Assembly (NCBI GenBank): GCA_051294905.1
Contig: CM119371.1
Span: 25,050,001 to 25,114,000, forward strand
Source: Botryllus schlosseri
Lineage: Eukaryota
Direction of reading: 5' to 3'
Length of the DNA: 64,000 nucleotides
Part shown: piece by piece, positions 49,152 to 61,177 of the stretch
How the letters are laid out: the number at the start of each line of letters is the position of its first letter
How positions within the stretch are numbered: position 1 is the stretch's first letter
Translations under genes and position numbers: made by a program
Notes under the pieces: generated by a model
The model's database searches: none
Told to the model about the DNA's origin: nothing
The model's input: only the letters and a program-made list of their open reading frames with translations

Positions 49152-51596
49152 GTTACGAGCGTAATTCTACTATGGGGATAGGGTGTCATTTCGCATTTAA
49201 TATAAATAAACCTAACTTCTCACGAATGTTACGGAAATTATGTTTGGTATGCTAACTGGATAAAAAAAAATGATTAGAGCTATGAAGAAATAGGGTTGGT
49301 CTAGCGTACAACGGCATTACTTCCAAACAGCAATATATTCAAAGATGGTAAAAATATAGGCATCGTTTTGACTCATGTACAAGTTTGTAGACAATTACAA
49401 GTATAACTGCCGATTTTCAGTTTATTAATTCAAGTAGAAGTACGAAATGGATGGCATGAAAGTTATACACCAGCAAGAAAACTGAACGAGTCGATTTGAT
49501 GACATGGCACCAAAGTTTTATCAGTGAGTGATTGCTTTTCAAGTTGTATGGATATCTTCTCAACTGTGAAGCTAAATTTCTTGTTACATGTCATATAAGT
49601 ACAATCCTCCCAAGTTATATTACTGAATATGATATTTCAACAACAACAAAAATGTCTATTTACATACAATTCGTGATATTACAGCAGTCTGATCTATTCA
49701 AATAAACGGGATTTGTTTTGCCGAAGAAAGTTCTTTTCGTTTTGGAATGGAAACAAGTTTTTATGAATATTTGATAAAATGTTCTCAAATTCTAAATTTT
49801 AACCGCCAGTTGGGAGAATGTATTCCATCTTCCGTAGCTGACAAGTATTCAAATGCTTACACTCCTCCAACACATGATCGAAGTGAAAAAACTATGGATG
49901 TAAAATAGGATTTCAAAAATGGCGAAACAAACTTATTTAAGATTTGAATACAACTATATTCAAGTCACGTTTAAATCGGATGTGATGTATAGCGACATAC
50001 ACCAATATCGAAACGGGCGGATCTAGTAAAACAAAATATTGACGTGTAGCCTACAAGATTATGGTATTTATTTTCTATGGACGTGTTCCTTGTTACCGGT
50101 ACTTTGTGATCTGCCTAAGTATATTTTGATAAAATCCATTCATGTACCACAAGATTTGATCTGACCTGTCACCTATACAGATCTTATCAACGCCCGACGA
50201 ATACAATACATGGAAGGCATCTCTACTCTTGTAACTTGAATAGGCACTTTGGGCAATCGCAGTGCTCCGTGTTACTATAATATTTGTGACATCGAATTCC
50301 TATTAGTTGCACAAATGATGTACGTCGCTACGATCAAACTATAAGTGGTCTCGAATTTAACACGATTATACACGTCGTTGAGTCACGTGATGATCGCCTT
50401 AGAGGCAAAATCCATTTGCATCGAAATCACATTTGATAGGCAGAATCCAACTAGATCACGAAGGTCTCTGCAGCTCAGTGATGTAATTCTGAGAAATGGG
50501 CATCGGTATAATACCAGTAAAGCAGGCTGCGCTTAATTCGTACACTTTGATTCCACTCACTTTTGACAATCAGGCGGAGACACAGCTTTGTCCGTATTAA
50601 GCGAAAAGTCAATTGTTCGTATTTTCGTAATCCATACAGGCAGATAAAGCAATAAAAACACGGCGCTGTTGCGTAATATATGAACTGCGGCTGCCACAGA
50701 ACTAGTTCGCAATACTGCAGAAACCATCGCATAAAACGCACAATAATCTCCAGAATAGTTTTATTGAACAATAGTTCGATACCAACGAATACTATATCAC
50801 TGCGCTGTTGAAAATCAACTCGACGAAATAACATAATATTACGGTCATCCAATTGAAATTCAACTTACGCCCAGTTCGCAATCTTGTTTTACGTGTAAGA
50901 GCATATAATGTTACTGACACCTCCCGTGGATCTCAACTGCGTGCTCTTCCGTATATCTACGACCGGCACTGTGAATTAACCACTTTTGGCAGGTCAATAT
51001 ATATGTCGATATAATTAAGGGTATATTCCTGCGGAACGTGATGCTAAAAAAACGCAACATTTTTTTCACACTCCTGGAACGACATTGGAATAAACAGTGA
51101 ATTCATTCATGCTTCCGGATAAATCACGCATCGGATTGAAAGTAAAAAGCTCTTACATGGGTACGAATTCGTTTATGTACCACTCTGTGTTCCATCATCG
51201 ACGCAGTTGCTTCTAGGTAAAAGTGGCAATGAAGCTGTCACTGTCACCTATGAGCTCCTCATTTTTCCGCGGATCGTTATTGTGTGACCATAACCACTCG
51301 TGTTGTGTTACAAGTCTATCGTGTCGCATCGATGAGAATTGCGAAACTGTGTCCTAATTGAGCGGAGAAGTGTTCGCACTACTGGGACATTTTACTTTTG
51401 TTTCGTCCGCAAGCATTTCGGTCGATAAATGTGATTGTCCGGTCTAAAAAAGTCCTACTTGAGCGGATTAGACTACATATGAATTAAGTATGGATGGCGT
51501 GATGTAGAATCATAAACGACATCAACAGACGCTTTCGAATTGAATTCTGAGTCGTAACAAGATCAGAAATATTTTCTATGCGCTAATTACTACGAG

Positions 51597-53970
51597 CAGT
51601 GGCGGCTCGTCCTATAGGGCAACTGGGGCATTGCCCCACCTAAAATTCTGTTCAATAACAATTTAACCATTTATAGACGCACAGCAATCAATATATACCG
51701 AGATCACAGCGAAACCCGCGTTCTTCTTGTGCTTTCGCTTGCAAACGCCCATACATAGCGAAGTCTCTGCGAAAATCGAATTCTCTTCTGTGTTTTCGCT
51801 TTGTGAATGCCTAGCCGGGGCTTGCCCCGGTAGCGCTCATAACAAGCTTTCACTATCTATTCTCTCAAAGCCGCGCACAATAAAGAAACGGTGATTTACT
51901 CTCTCCTATTCGTAAAATGGCCGAGCAACCGGGGCAAATATGCCTACTCGCCCTTAAGGTGTGATGTAACAATCGTATCTATATCTGAACTCGGTTACCG
52001 TAATATGCGTTGAGTCGACCTTTGCTGGAATAGGTCGATTTTGACGGTGTTTCGCACCATGCTAATTCTTGAAACTTGGTATGATATGTCGTGAAGGTAG
52101 TATTTAACACTGCTCCAAGTTTCAGTCTTGCTACTTAAAGATAATGGTAGTAATTCCGTTTCCGAAGTTCAGTGAGTGCTGATCTATCATGTACATAGTA
52201 CAGCAAACAGATTTTACTCAAAAGCCGGTATTGGTCTCCATTGATTTTGACGATGTTCTATACCGAGATCGGTCATGACATTTGGCACGGTAAGTGTTAG
52301 TATCGACCGCTGTAACAAATTTTAAGTTTGTCACTGAACTATGTGGGTGGTAATTTCGTTTCCAAAGTCGAGTAAGAGCTGACTCTTCATTTATCGCCAA
52401 CAAATTTACGCAAAAGCCGTTATTGGTCTCTATTGATTTTAACGATGTTCCATACATAGATCTGTCATGAGCTTCCACACGGTATGTCTTGATTTTAGTA
52501 TCGAACACGGTGCCAAGTCTTAAAGTTGACACTCAATGATTGAGGCAGTTATTTCGTTTTCGAGGTCGAGTATGGTAGAGATGCGCGCTGATCTGATACT
52601 TAGCCTACCTACGTCATTGTGGATCTCACGCAAAAGCCGGTGTCGGTCTGCTGTGCTAATCTATATAGTCTGCGTTCCATAACGAGATCGGTGATGATAT
52701 TTCCAATGGTATATCTCGATGATCGCATGAAACAGCTAACCAAGATTCTCGGTTTGCATTCAAATATTCACATAATTTTATGTTCGCCAATGTCCATTTC
52801 ACTGTGAAATTGTGGCCTTCAAACCATTTGCTTACAATCCCCTGTCAATTGCGATAGCTATTTCATTTTCGATGTCGGCTAACAGCTGATCATTCGATCA
52901 GCCTATTCCTCGATCTATTTTACTCAAAGTTAGGTGTTCGTCTGTTTGCATTGATTTTGACAGTGTACCATACCGGAATGGGTTATGAGATTGCGTATGC
53001 TACTTCTCGATGATTTCTTGTAACAGTATACTAAGTTACGGCTTTTATTCATGTATTTATTGATTAATATATTTTCCAACGGCAATTTCGCAGCAGACTT
53101 ATAGACAGTAAGCCGTATGTGTTGTGTCACAGTCTCCAGTTTCAAGGCCAAAATGTCCTACGTTGTTCCGAGACCGAAGTTCCGAGGCTGCTGTCCTTAG
53201 TTCTTCAAAGACCATTCAAATTGATGTTCTGGATTCAATATGACAGGCCCAATCTATGAGATAACAATTGCGTATGTGTCCGAACTCGTTGACCTTTCCA
53301 GTTAGGCTTACGCAATCTCTCGAGTTCTAGTCATTGGAATTAGTCAGGTCAAGTCACGTGCGAACATGAATCGTATTGAATCTTTATTCCGTACGTAGTT
53401 TACGCAGTTGCCTTTAGAGCAAAAATGAGAGGTCTAGAAGTTGTCCAGTCTATTGATCCAATCGTACGCCGGGTGCCTCCGCTTTGGTTGCCTATTATCA
53501 CCTGGTCGTAACCAGAGATGGCCACAGTCCGGTTCAGGAGCCGGAGCAGGATTTCAATGTTTTTTTACCTGGCCGGACTGGATCCGGATTTCGAATTTGG
53601 GGTGACGGTCGGATTTTAGGGTCTATCGATTTGCGTAATCTATAACTCTACCATGAAATCAAAACGCATGCTACTAAGGATGACCTGATACTTGATTCGT
53701 GGCATAGGGACGATTCTTAGTTCACGTACATTTTGTAAAATAATCCTTTGATTAAAAATAAATGAATAAAACATTTGTTACCACACTTCAAGTCACGGCT
53801 CACCGGCAAACCTCTCGCGGCACCTACGTTAAAATCACTGTTGTCGGGAAATTCATGTGACCATCATAAAGTTACTTTTTTACGTTGGAAAGCGCCATTG
53901 TGACGTCATGTTGATAAAAGTCGCTCGCAGCCCTTGCCCCACCACCCGATATTGTCACGAGCCGCCACTG
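51597..53970. mobile_element. Non-autonomous hAT element with internal ~190-bp repeats and nested fragments
   Basis: TIRs CAGTGGCGGCTCGT / ACGAGCCGCCACTG; perfect TSD ACTACGAG. Confidence 0.88.
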
Positions 53971-55078
53971 ACTACGAGTGATGTCTTCTACCGTCTAAAT
54001 AGGCTACTGCCGATAATTTTGATAATAGAGGATGTCTTTCAGTATATTGCAGGCTGCGAAATCGCTGTAACTACAGCGTACTTTCCTGTTTACGTGATCC
54101 CAATCTCTGATATTATCTTCACCAACACAATTTTGTGTAAGCTTGGTGTGGATTTTGTATGCAGATATGAATTATGATCATCTACTTAAGGCTTACTTAG
54201 AATATTCAGAATATCATTCTGCTGTAGCAACGTGCTATCTATAACGTATATGACAGCTTACCTAGAAAGTAAACCGAAAAGCGAAATTTCATAAATGCCG
54301 AAATTTGTAAATCGTATTAGCGAAAAATAGATTTTGACTATGTATGAAGATATTTCAAATACCTTTCGTTTCGAGTTAACATAGCCTACTATAGCGTGTA
54401 ACACAGATGAGGTGTTACAATATCTAGAATTACGTCTTACAATATGTTCACCGACTATAGTTGCATACCAGCAGCGAGGTAACATTTTTGGGCCGCATTC
54501 GACATCTGAATCCATACACAGGCCACACTATATTAAAATTTAGATTGTAAGAGGAACGCTATCTTATATTTGATTATATAGTTGTGGTAACCCGAGGTTT
54601 CCAGAATGTTCTCTATTTGCCGTTTAGAATTTACGTGGCGCGTGGTATGACTGGACACTTGGACAGTGGAGACCGCGTGTTGACATTGTTGATTAGATGG
54701 TAGGCTGAGAGCGTGGCTGAAGATGGATGCGAGTGAGTAGGCCTAGGTCCCTATGTTTAGTTGCGTGAATATTAGTAGTCGGGAGCAGAAGCCTGAAGTA
54801 GTGGTAGCATTAGGCAGTTGACTGTGTATTTGCAAGCTTGAGGTGGGTATATCTTGTCGTAATCCAAGCGTGAATACTTCGGTTAGGACACGGGATGGTC
54901 ACTGACGTTACTGCCACTGACGTTGCTGCGCGAGCACCCAGAGAGTGATGTTGCCCCGTAGGTAGTCCGTACTCGCCGTCGGAGGTTATTATTGGCTCCT
55001 CGCTGTTCTTACGACGACAACAATGTCCAAAAAGAAGATCCGATAAAAAGAGAAAAAAGCGAGAAATAGCTTCTAAAA

Positions 55079-56489
55079 CAGTGGTTCCAAACCTTTTTGT
55101 CTTCATTCCCCACTTCAGATTTATTCCGAGCCTTCATTCCCCACCAGGACCGTAACAGCACTTTGTTAGCCCCGTCCAAGAAACGTTGGTATTGGGCCCC
55201 TACAACTTATCAGCTACATTGGTTCTACTGTTTAGTGTGTCGCCCTATTTCGAGTAAACGCGCGAAGCGCGAAAAATTTATATAATTCGTGTTTGAATCG
55301 GCCAATTTGATCGGGAATTGCATAAATTTTGCTACCAATTTTTATCCCCTCTCTGCTTAGGTAATCAGATTTACCGGTAGAACTGAGTGAGGCGTGTTGG
55401 GAAAGGTAGGACCCCAAAATAAGAATTGAACATCTTCGGACCCGTTGGACCCGTTGGACCCGTTGGTATATTGACTTCGTTATATTATGCTACTCCGTAA
55501 TCTCCTATATGTGGTATGTCAAAAGATATGGAAATCGCCAAAACTAAAATGCACACACGATTTCAAATTGGAATTGCTTTACTGGCAAATAATTTTTCCC
55601 TGCGGGATGGCATTTGTCCTATGGGGATCACATCGCCAGGACAGGAACATTCGGCGCCAGCCATTTAGCCAATTAAACATATATGTATATTGTATATACA
55701 TCGAAGTTGTGGGTCACGACAAGGGCATTTCTTTTCGGTTAAGGTCTTCTCGCTGCTGATCGTTCTGACACACTTCTCGGAGTTGCATGTTACATGGCCT
55801 ATAACTTTATAAGCTTTGGTGCGTCGTGGCGCAGTAATAGCCGAGGCCGCAGTCTCTATTTCTATAAATTCGACGTATTTTCGTGGGGAAACGGTACCCA
55901 ATAATTAGATAATTGGCAATATTAAATCGCGCACCCAGCGCGAAATTTGTTTGAAAAAGTGGCATAAATCTTAAAAGATACTTTAATTTATGTTAATTCA
56001 CGAAATAACTTTGGGCTCTTCGAGCTCGCCCCCTCTCTCAATTGGGAGTTTTGGGGTGCGGCAGTTACGGTCCTGTTGTCCACTACCCAGCACTTTTGTC
56101 ATCACAGAACAGGTATTTGCTGGTTTTGCTATACAAGACGCACAACCACACCAGTACGCAAGACAATCGCCGATAACTCCAACATAAAACGTACCAGTAA
56201 CGCTGAAAATTTCGCGAAAGCGTTATTTCACGTCAAACTAGTCGTGCTGGATGCGTTTGTGACGCCATGGTTGGTCATCCAGAGGTAAAATGAGCTTTTG
56301 TGAACAACACGCAATATCATTTTCGTTACATACATTCTAGAGCAGTTAACTGGTAACGGTAATTGTGCATGTGTCTCCGTGAATATGTAGACTGTCCTAT
56401 GTATAATTTTGAACAAATGCGTCTATTCCCCACCAAAAACCATTGAATTCCCCAGCAGTGCGGAATTCCCCACCGTTTGGGAACCAGTG
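55079..56489. mobile_element. hAT MITE family B, long form
   Basis: Same ends as 27174-27756; TSD TTCTAAAA/TTCTAAAC. Confidence 0.85.
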
Positions 56490-57721
56490 TTCTAAACGAT
56501 CCGACGAAGAATCATCAACATCGAAGAAGACTGTGAGATTGGGCAACAGGCCGAGTTGGATTTCGGTTTAGGAAGCCGCAACTGGTTGTTCAACATCCCT
56601 CTATCTGTTCATTACATCGCATCGGGTGCCTTGTCTATCTCATTGTATCTTGTGAGTGTGTCTTGGGCAGACGAAAATATATCCCGACGATTAATATTAT
56701 TACGATTGCGTAATTCCAAAAATTGCAGCAATTTACGATTGCAGCAGCTATTTGGCGTTGGTCACCAAGATACATCTTGCATTGTTCTTCCTGAAAATGC
56801 AACTGAATTGTAATTTGCAAACAATGTCAAATTTTATCAATAACGTTACTGTAATAACAGTGGTAGTTGGACGTTGATACATACAAATCCTATTTTATTC
56901 ATTATTAGTAATTTTAGGAGAACTTCGAAAGTACTTGTTTTCATATTAAATTAGTTGGAGTCGACTGCAGTCCCGAACCGACTACAGTCAGTGTTTGTAA
57001 CACGACTACGACTTCAAGAAGTGCTAAAAAAAATTGGAGACGCCATTACCGTAAAAATAAGTAAAACGACAGGTCCGTAGACATAACAGCATCCGGCATA
57101 ATAGCATGCGACACTTCAGCACGCGACAATTCGGCATGCGACACTTGAGTATGTGGGTAAAATTAGGGGTTAGGGCCGGGTATGGTTCAGATTGAGGACT
57201 GGATTGGGGTTAGAATATATAGAAGTGTTGATTTCGGGGTTAGGGTGGGTTGGGATATATATAAGTGTTGATTTCGAGGGTTAAGGTCCGGATTAGAGTA
57301 AATTTTGGGGTTGTAAAAGCATATGCCCAATTGATGCATGCTAAAGTCTCGCATGTTGGTCTGCCGTTTTTCATTGTGCTGCATGCTCATATGTCGGGCA
57401 ACTAAACGACGAATCTGACTCCACGACTTAGACTCCGACTCTACAGCCCTGACTATGAGGTCGGGGTAATACGCCAGCAACCAAATTACAAAACACCGCA
57501 GTAAGACAATAAATCACCATTACCATTACCATGGTGACTATATATCAGAAAAAGTTTTATTAAGTATTAACGGCTTAGATATTTAGTACGAATTTTCGTA
57601 ATGGTTTTCATATCGTTTTTGAGGCTTTGGTGGGCCGCAACTAACATTCAACTCCCTGAACTATCATCATATCAGTTTTCCATGATCAATTTCGAATCTT
57701 TCTTCCCCATCCCATTATTCG

Positions 57722-58230
57722 TAGGGTTGCATTTAAAACAAACTGTTGTTTAATACACTTTGTTGAAACATGTTTTAAACAGTGTTTTAAACAAAGGCTT
57801 TGAAAAAAAATGTGCCATGATTGTGTAAATAGATTCCAAAAACATGTATGAGCCACCGACGACGATTACCATACCCGATAAACCCGACGTATAAGATATG
57901 GGATGGTTGGGACTCTTGAAATAGTCGGTTCAACAGCTATAGTACGTAGATATATATCATTGTTACGGAATGAATGTTCGGATGATGATGACCGCCGACC
58001 GTAAAAAGCTGCACGACGATGTAGTCCCGGTTAAAGATATTTTTGGTCCATAGTTGACAGGGGTTGGAAGCCTATTTCGTCAAAGGAGCTATATTAACCC
58101 TATGTTTTCAATTGTCAATATATCAATCCAATATAACATCACAATTGCTTATGCGTGACGTCATTGCTGACAAGGGCGTTGTTTTGAACATTTATGTTTT
58201 TAATTGATATTTGTTTTAAACACAACCCTA
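57722..58230. mobile_element. hAT MITE with TAGGGTTG termini
   Basis: TAGGGTTGCATTTAAAACAAA / TTTGTTTTAAACACAACCCTA; degenerate TSD ATTATTCG/ATTATCCT. Confidence 0.7.
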
Positions 58231-58294
58231 ATTATCCTACTTTATCAAATATTTCTCATGACGAATAGATAAGAGACATCATTAATTCAATTAT

Positions 58295-58325
<31 letters not shown>

Positions 58326-60139
58326 CGACGATGACTCTAATCCTGCTGGCTGTCGGATTATTGGCAACAGTTGAAAGTATAAAAGGTGAGTTGTTTGCGA
58401 CATCGAGAATTTAGATGATATTAAAATAGTCGGTTTTGATACTTGATTACGAGTAAAGGTAACGCGGTAAATTCGAAAATTCCAATACAAGTAGAAGTAT
58501 ACCCACTTTCAAGGCATGTAAATAATAATTTACCAGAGGAAGAAATGAAAGATTTATGTGGTATTGAAGTAAGTAGTTTGAGGAAATAGACCGTGACTAA
58601 TCTTCGTTGACGACGGAAATATGAGAGCAGTATTAGAATTTCCAATCCGTTCTCGCTATGCTCATTCTGGATCGATTGCTGCCAATGGGATATTATGGGA
58701 AATTCATTAACGTGATAAAATTCGATCCGAATATCAAAGTCTACCATGTTGAAGTCGACGAATATTTGGCAACGATACTCTGTTCATAATTGTATTTTTT
58801 CAAACCAGCCAGATCTTTTTATGTTGTTCTTTTCGAGTAACTGATCGTTCTATGAAAATGGGCCAGAGTGATTGCCATGTCAAAGTTATCCATTGTTTTA
58901 TATGTGTTTTCAGCAATTTATAAATATCCCTCTTACCTCAGGATTGTATTTTGGCAACCCGAATTCTAAAAAAGAATTGGTATATCTTTGAAATACACCA
59001 AACCGTCCCCGGAAATAAAATGTCTATTGTAAAAAATACGCTCCGTTGTTCTTCTTGGAACCTAATATTCAACAATTCTGCATAGTTATTAGGCGAATCC
59101 AGGTGATTTGCCTGAAGGTGATGAAGGAACCAAGGGTCCGAATTGATGCCCCGGACTATAAAGTCTTAAATGTTCATTTTTTTTATCTTGTGATAAATCT
59201 GATGGGATATGTTTATAAATATCCTTGATGAATTTGAGGAAAATGAGTAAAAACCGAAATAGGATCTTGGTAACAATATAGAATCCAAGTTCAGGTTTCC
59301 AATAAGATGTGAAGTTGACCAACTTTATCCTGTGACATTCACTAGACGTGAATAACATCATCCAAATGATTTCTTATTCTTCTTCATAATCTAGGTTTTT
59401 CTAATGGTACCAGCGCCATGTCATATTCGATCAAACATCTTTAATTCTCAACACAGGTCTTATATACACTTTATGAGGGACTCACGTTTTGTCCCGATCT
59501 CGCACTGGTCACTCAATTGGAATTACTGTGTTTTATACTCCAATGTGACTAAATTTACTTGATTGCTTTTGAATAAATTATTGCCAAAACCCGGAAATGC
59601 GTGAAATTTTGAAAATTTCTTCACTAATAATCCTAATAATTACTAATAAACCTGACAAAATAGAGCAAAATTTGAGATCATATTTAGATTCAGAAACTTA
59701 AAATTAGCTGATAAGCTCCTGGTCGCCAGCTGATCTGCGTAAACTAAGAGACTTCCGATGTTCGATCGTCTCAATTATAGGAGTGTTTAGTGCTATAAAC
59801 CTCAAACACGCTAGTAGTATATAAATGGGCGGAATGTGCCAAAACACGATTTAACTTAAACAAACAAGAATTATCAATATAAAAGATACTGAAAGAATTA
59901 GCTCATTCTCAATTTTGCAGCAATACTTTTATGACCTTGTGTGCGGCAATAAAAAAAGGGGGAATAATTAACGATAGAGAGAAAACGAACAAAGAATCTG
60001 GATTGACCTTTGTACTCAGACATGAGACTGGAGTACTTCTACTTGTACTTTTCCACTCCTGATTTTACCTCGCTTGACCTCTGGACACGAGACCTGGCCT
60101 GTCCTGACCTATCGGTCCATGGTCAATCCAAGGACGAGT

Positions 60140-60455
60140 CTTGGGAATAATTACCCGTCAAATCCCCTGGATGACTTGTCGATCCGCGTTTGATTCAATT
60201 TCGTGTACGGGGGGTCATAGGAATAATTGCCGGTCGTGACGTCAGTATAGTATTCTTCTGATCCATGAGATCCTGGACGGGGGTTGATAATAGTTGCCTG
60301 CCCTGACCCGTCGTCTCGTGGTACAATTTCGTGGCTTGGGAGCAATAACCCGTCAAACTGGTTGACTCGTCGTTCCGCGGTTGATTCAATTTCGTGTACG
60401 GTGGGTCATAGGAATAATTACCGGTCGTGACGTCAGTATAGTTTTCTTCTGATCC
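60140..60455. repeat. Direct duplication with a 191-bp period in coding-like sequence
   Basis: GSEE.YTDVTTGNYSYDPPYTKLNQ.R is encoded twice on the - strand, in different frames. Confidence 0.85.
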
Positions 60456-60895
60456 GTTATATTCTGGTGCGTGTTTTAGGTGTCCATACGTCCGGCTGTG
60501 TAAAGTGATGCTTGTGGTCTGTCTCATACTGTCGTACTTGTCCGCCTTTTGCTTTTTTGTTGACTTAAATAGTGAGGAGAAATGATCTGTGGGAATCGTC
60601 GCCACGTGCGAATAACACATTTTACACAATTAAATACACATGTTCAGTTTATTTGAAGTAATAACGGGGCAAGCACATTAACTAATCGTCCAGAACAAGG
60701 TGTAGAGCTTCTTTCAGAGCTTGGCATACTTTCTTGATATCAGAATCCTTTTTTTGATTTGCGATGTGAAAGCAATACCAGTTTCGCATAGATCAGCATA
60801 TGATTGCGTATAAACCGATATTGAAGTCTTCTGAGAGCATCTTCATTATTCTCCAGTCTACACAATATTATTCTCCTCTTAGTACGCTATGTCTC

Positions 60896-61177
60896 TCAAT
60901 CCAACAGAACAGTTGAATTGCTATTCGAAGGTATCTGATACAGACAACTGTAAACTAATTCTTTAAGTTTGTTCATCGTAGCGTAACGACCATTTTTACG
61001 AATCCATAACTGTATCATTTGATATCGTTGCTCAGTCAAGTTATAGCAATCCGTGTATTGGCATTCGGCAATTTCATTGTCAGATAGCTCAAGTTTTTCA
61101 CGTGCAAACCTATACCAGTTCATCGGGTCAATCCGATCCAATGTGACGTATATATCACTAGCAGTAATCTTGGACAT
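60896..61177 (-). CDS. Death-domain protein (93 aa as read; possibly a truncated or pseudogenised larger gene)
   Basis: MSKITASDIYVTLDRIDPMNWYRFAREKLELSDNEIAECQ...EQRYQMIQLWIRKNGRYATMNKLKELV fits the death-domain pattern (W..FAR.L.LS..EI...EQ.YQM...W...G..AT...L); CTGTAG acceptor 7 nt before the ATG. Confidence 0.75.
   Translation of the reverse strand: MSKITASDIYVTLDRIDPMNWYRFAREKLELSDNEIAECQYTDCYNLTEQRYQMIQLWIRKNGRYATMNKLKELVYSCLYQIPSNSNSTVLLD

Noticed and set aside
57160..57320. TTAGGG-like telomeric repeats
   Set aside because: Only scattered GGTTA motifs inside a palindromic non-autonomous repeat, not a tandem telomeric array.
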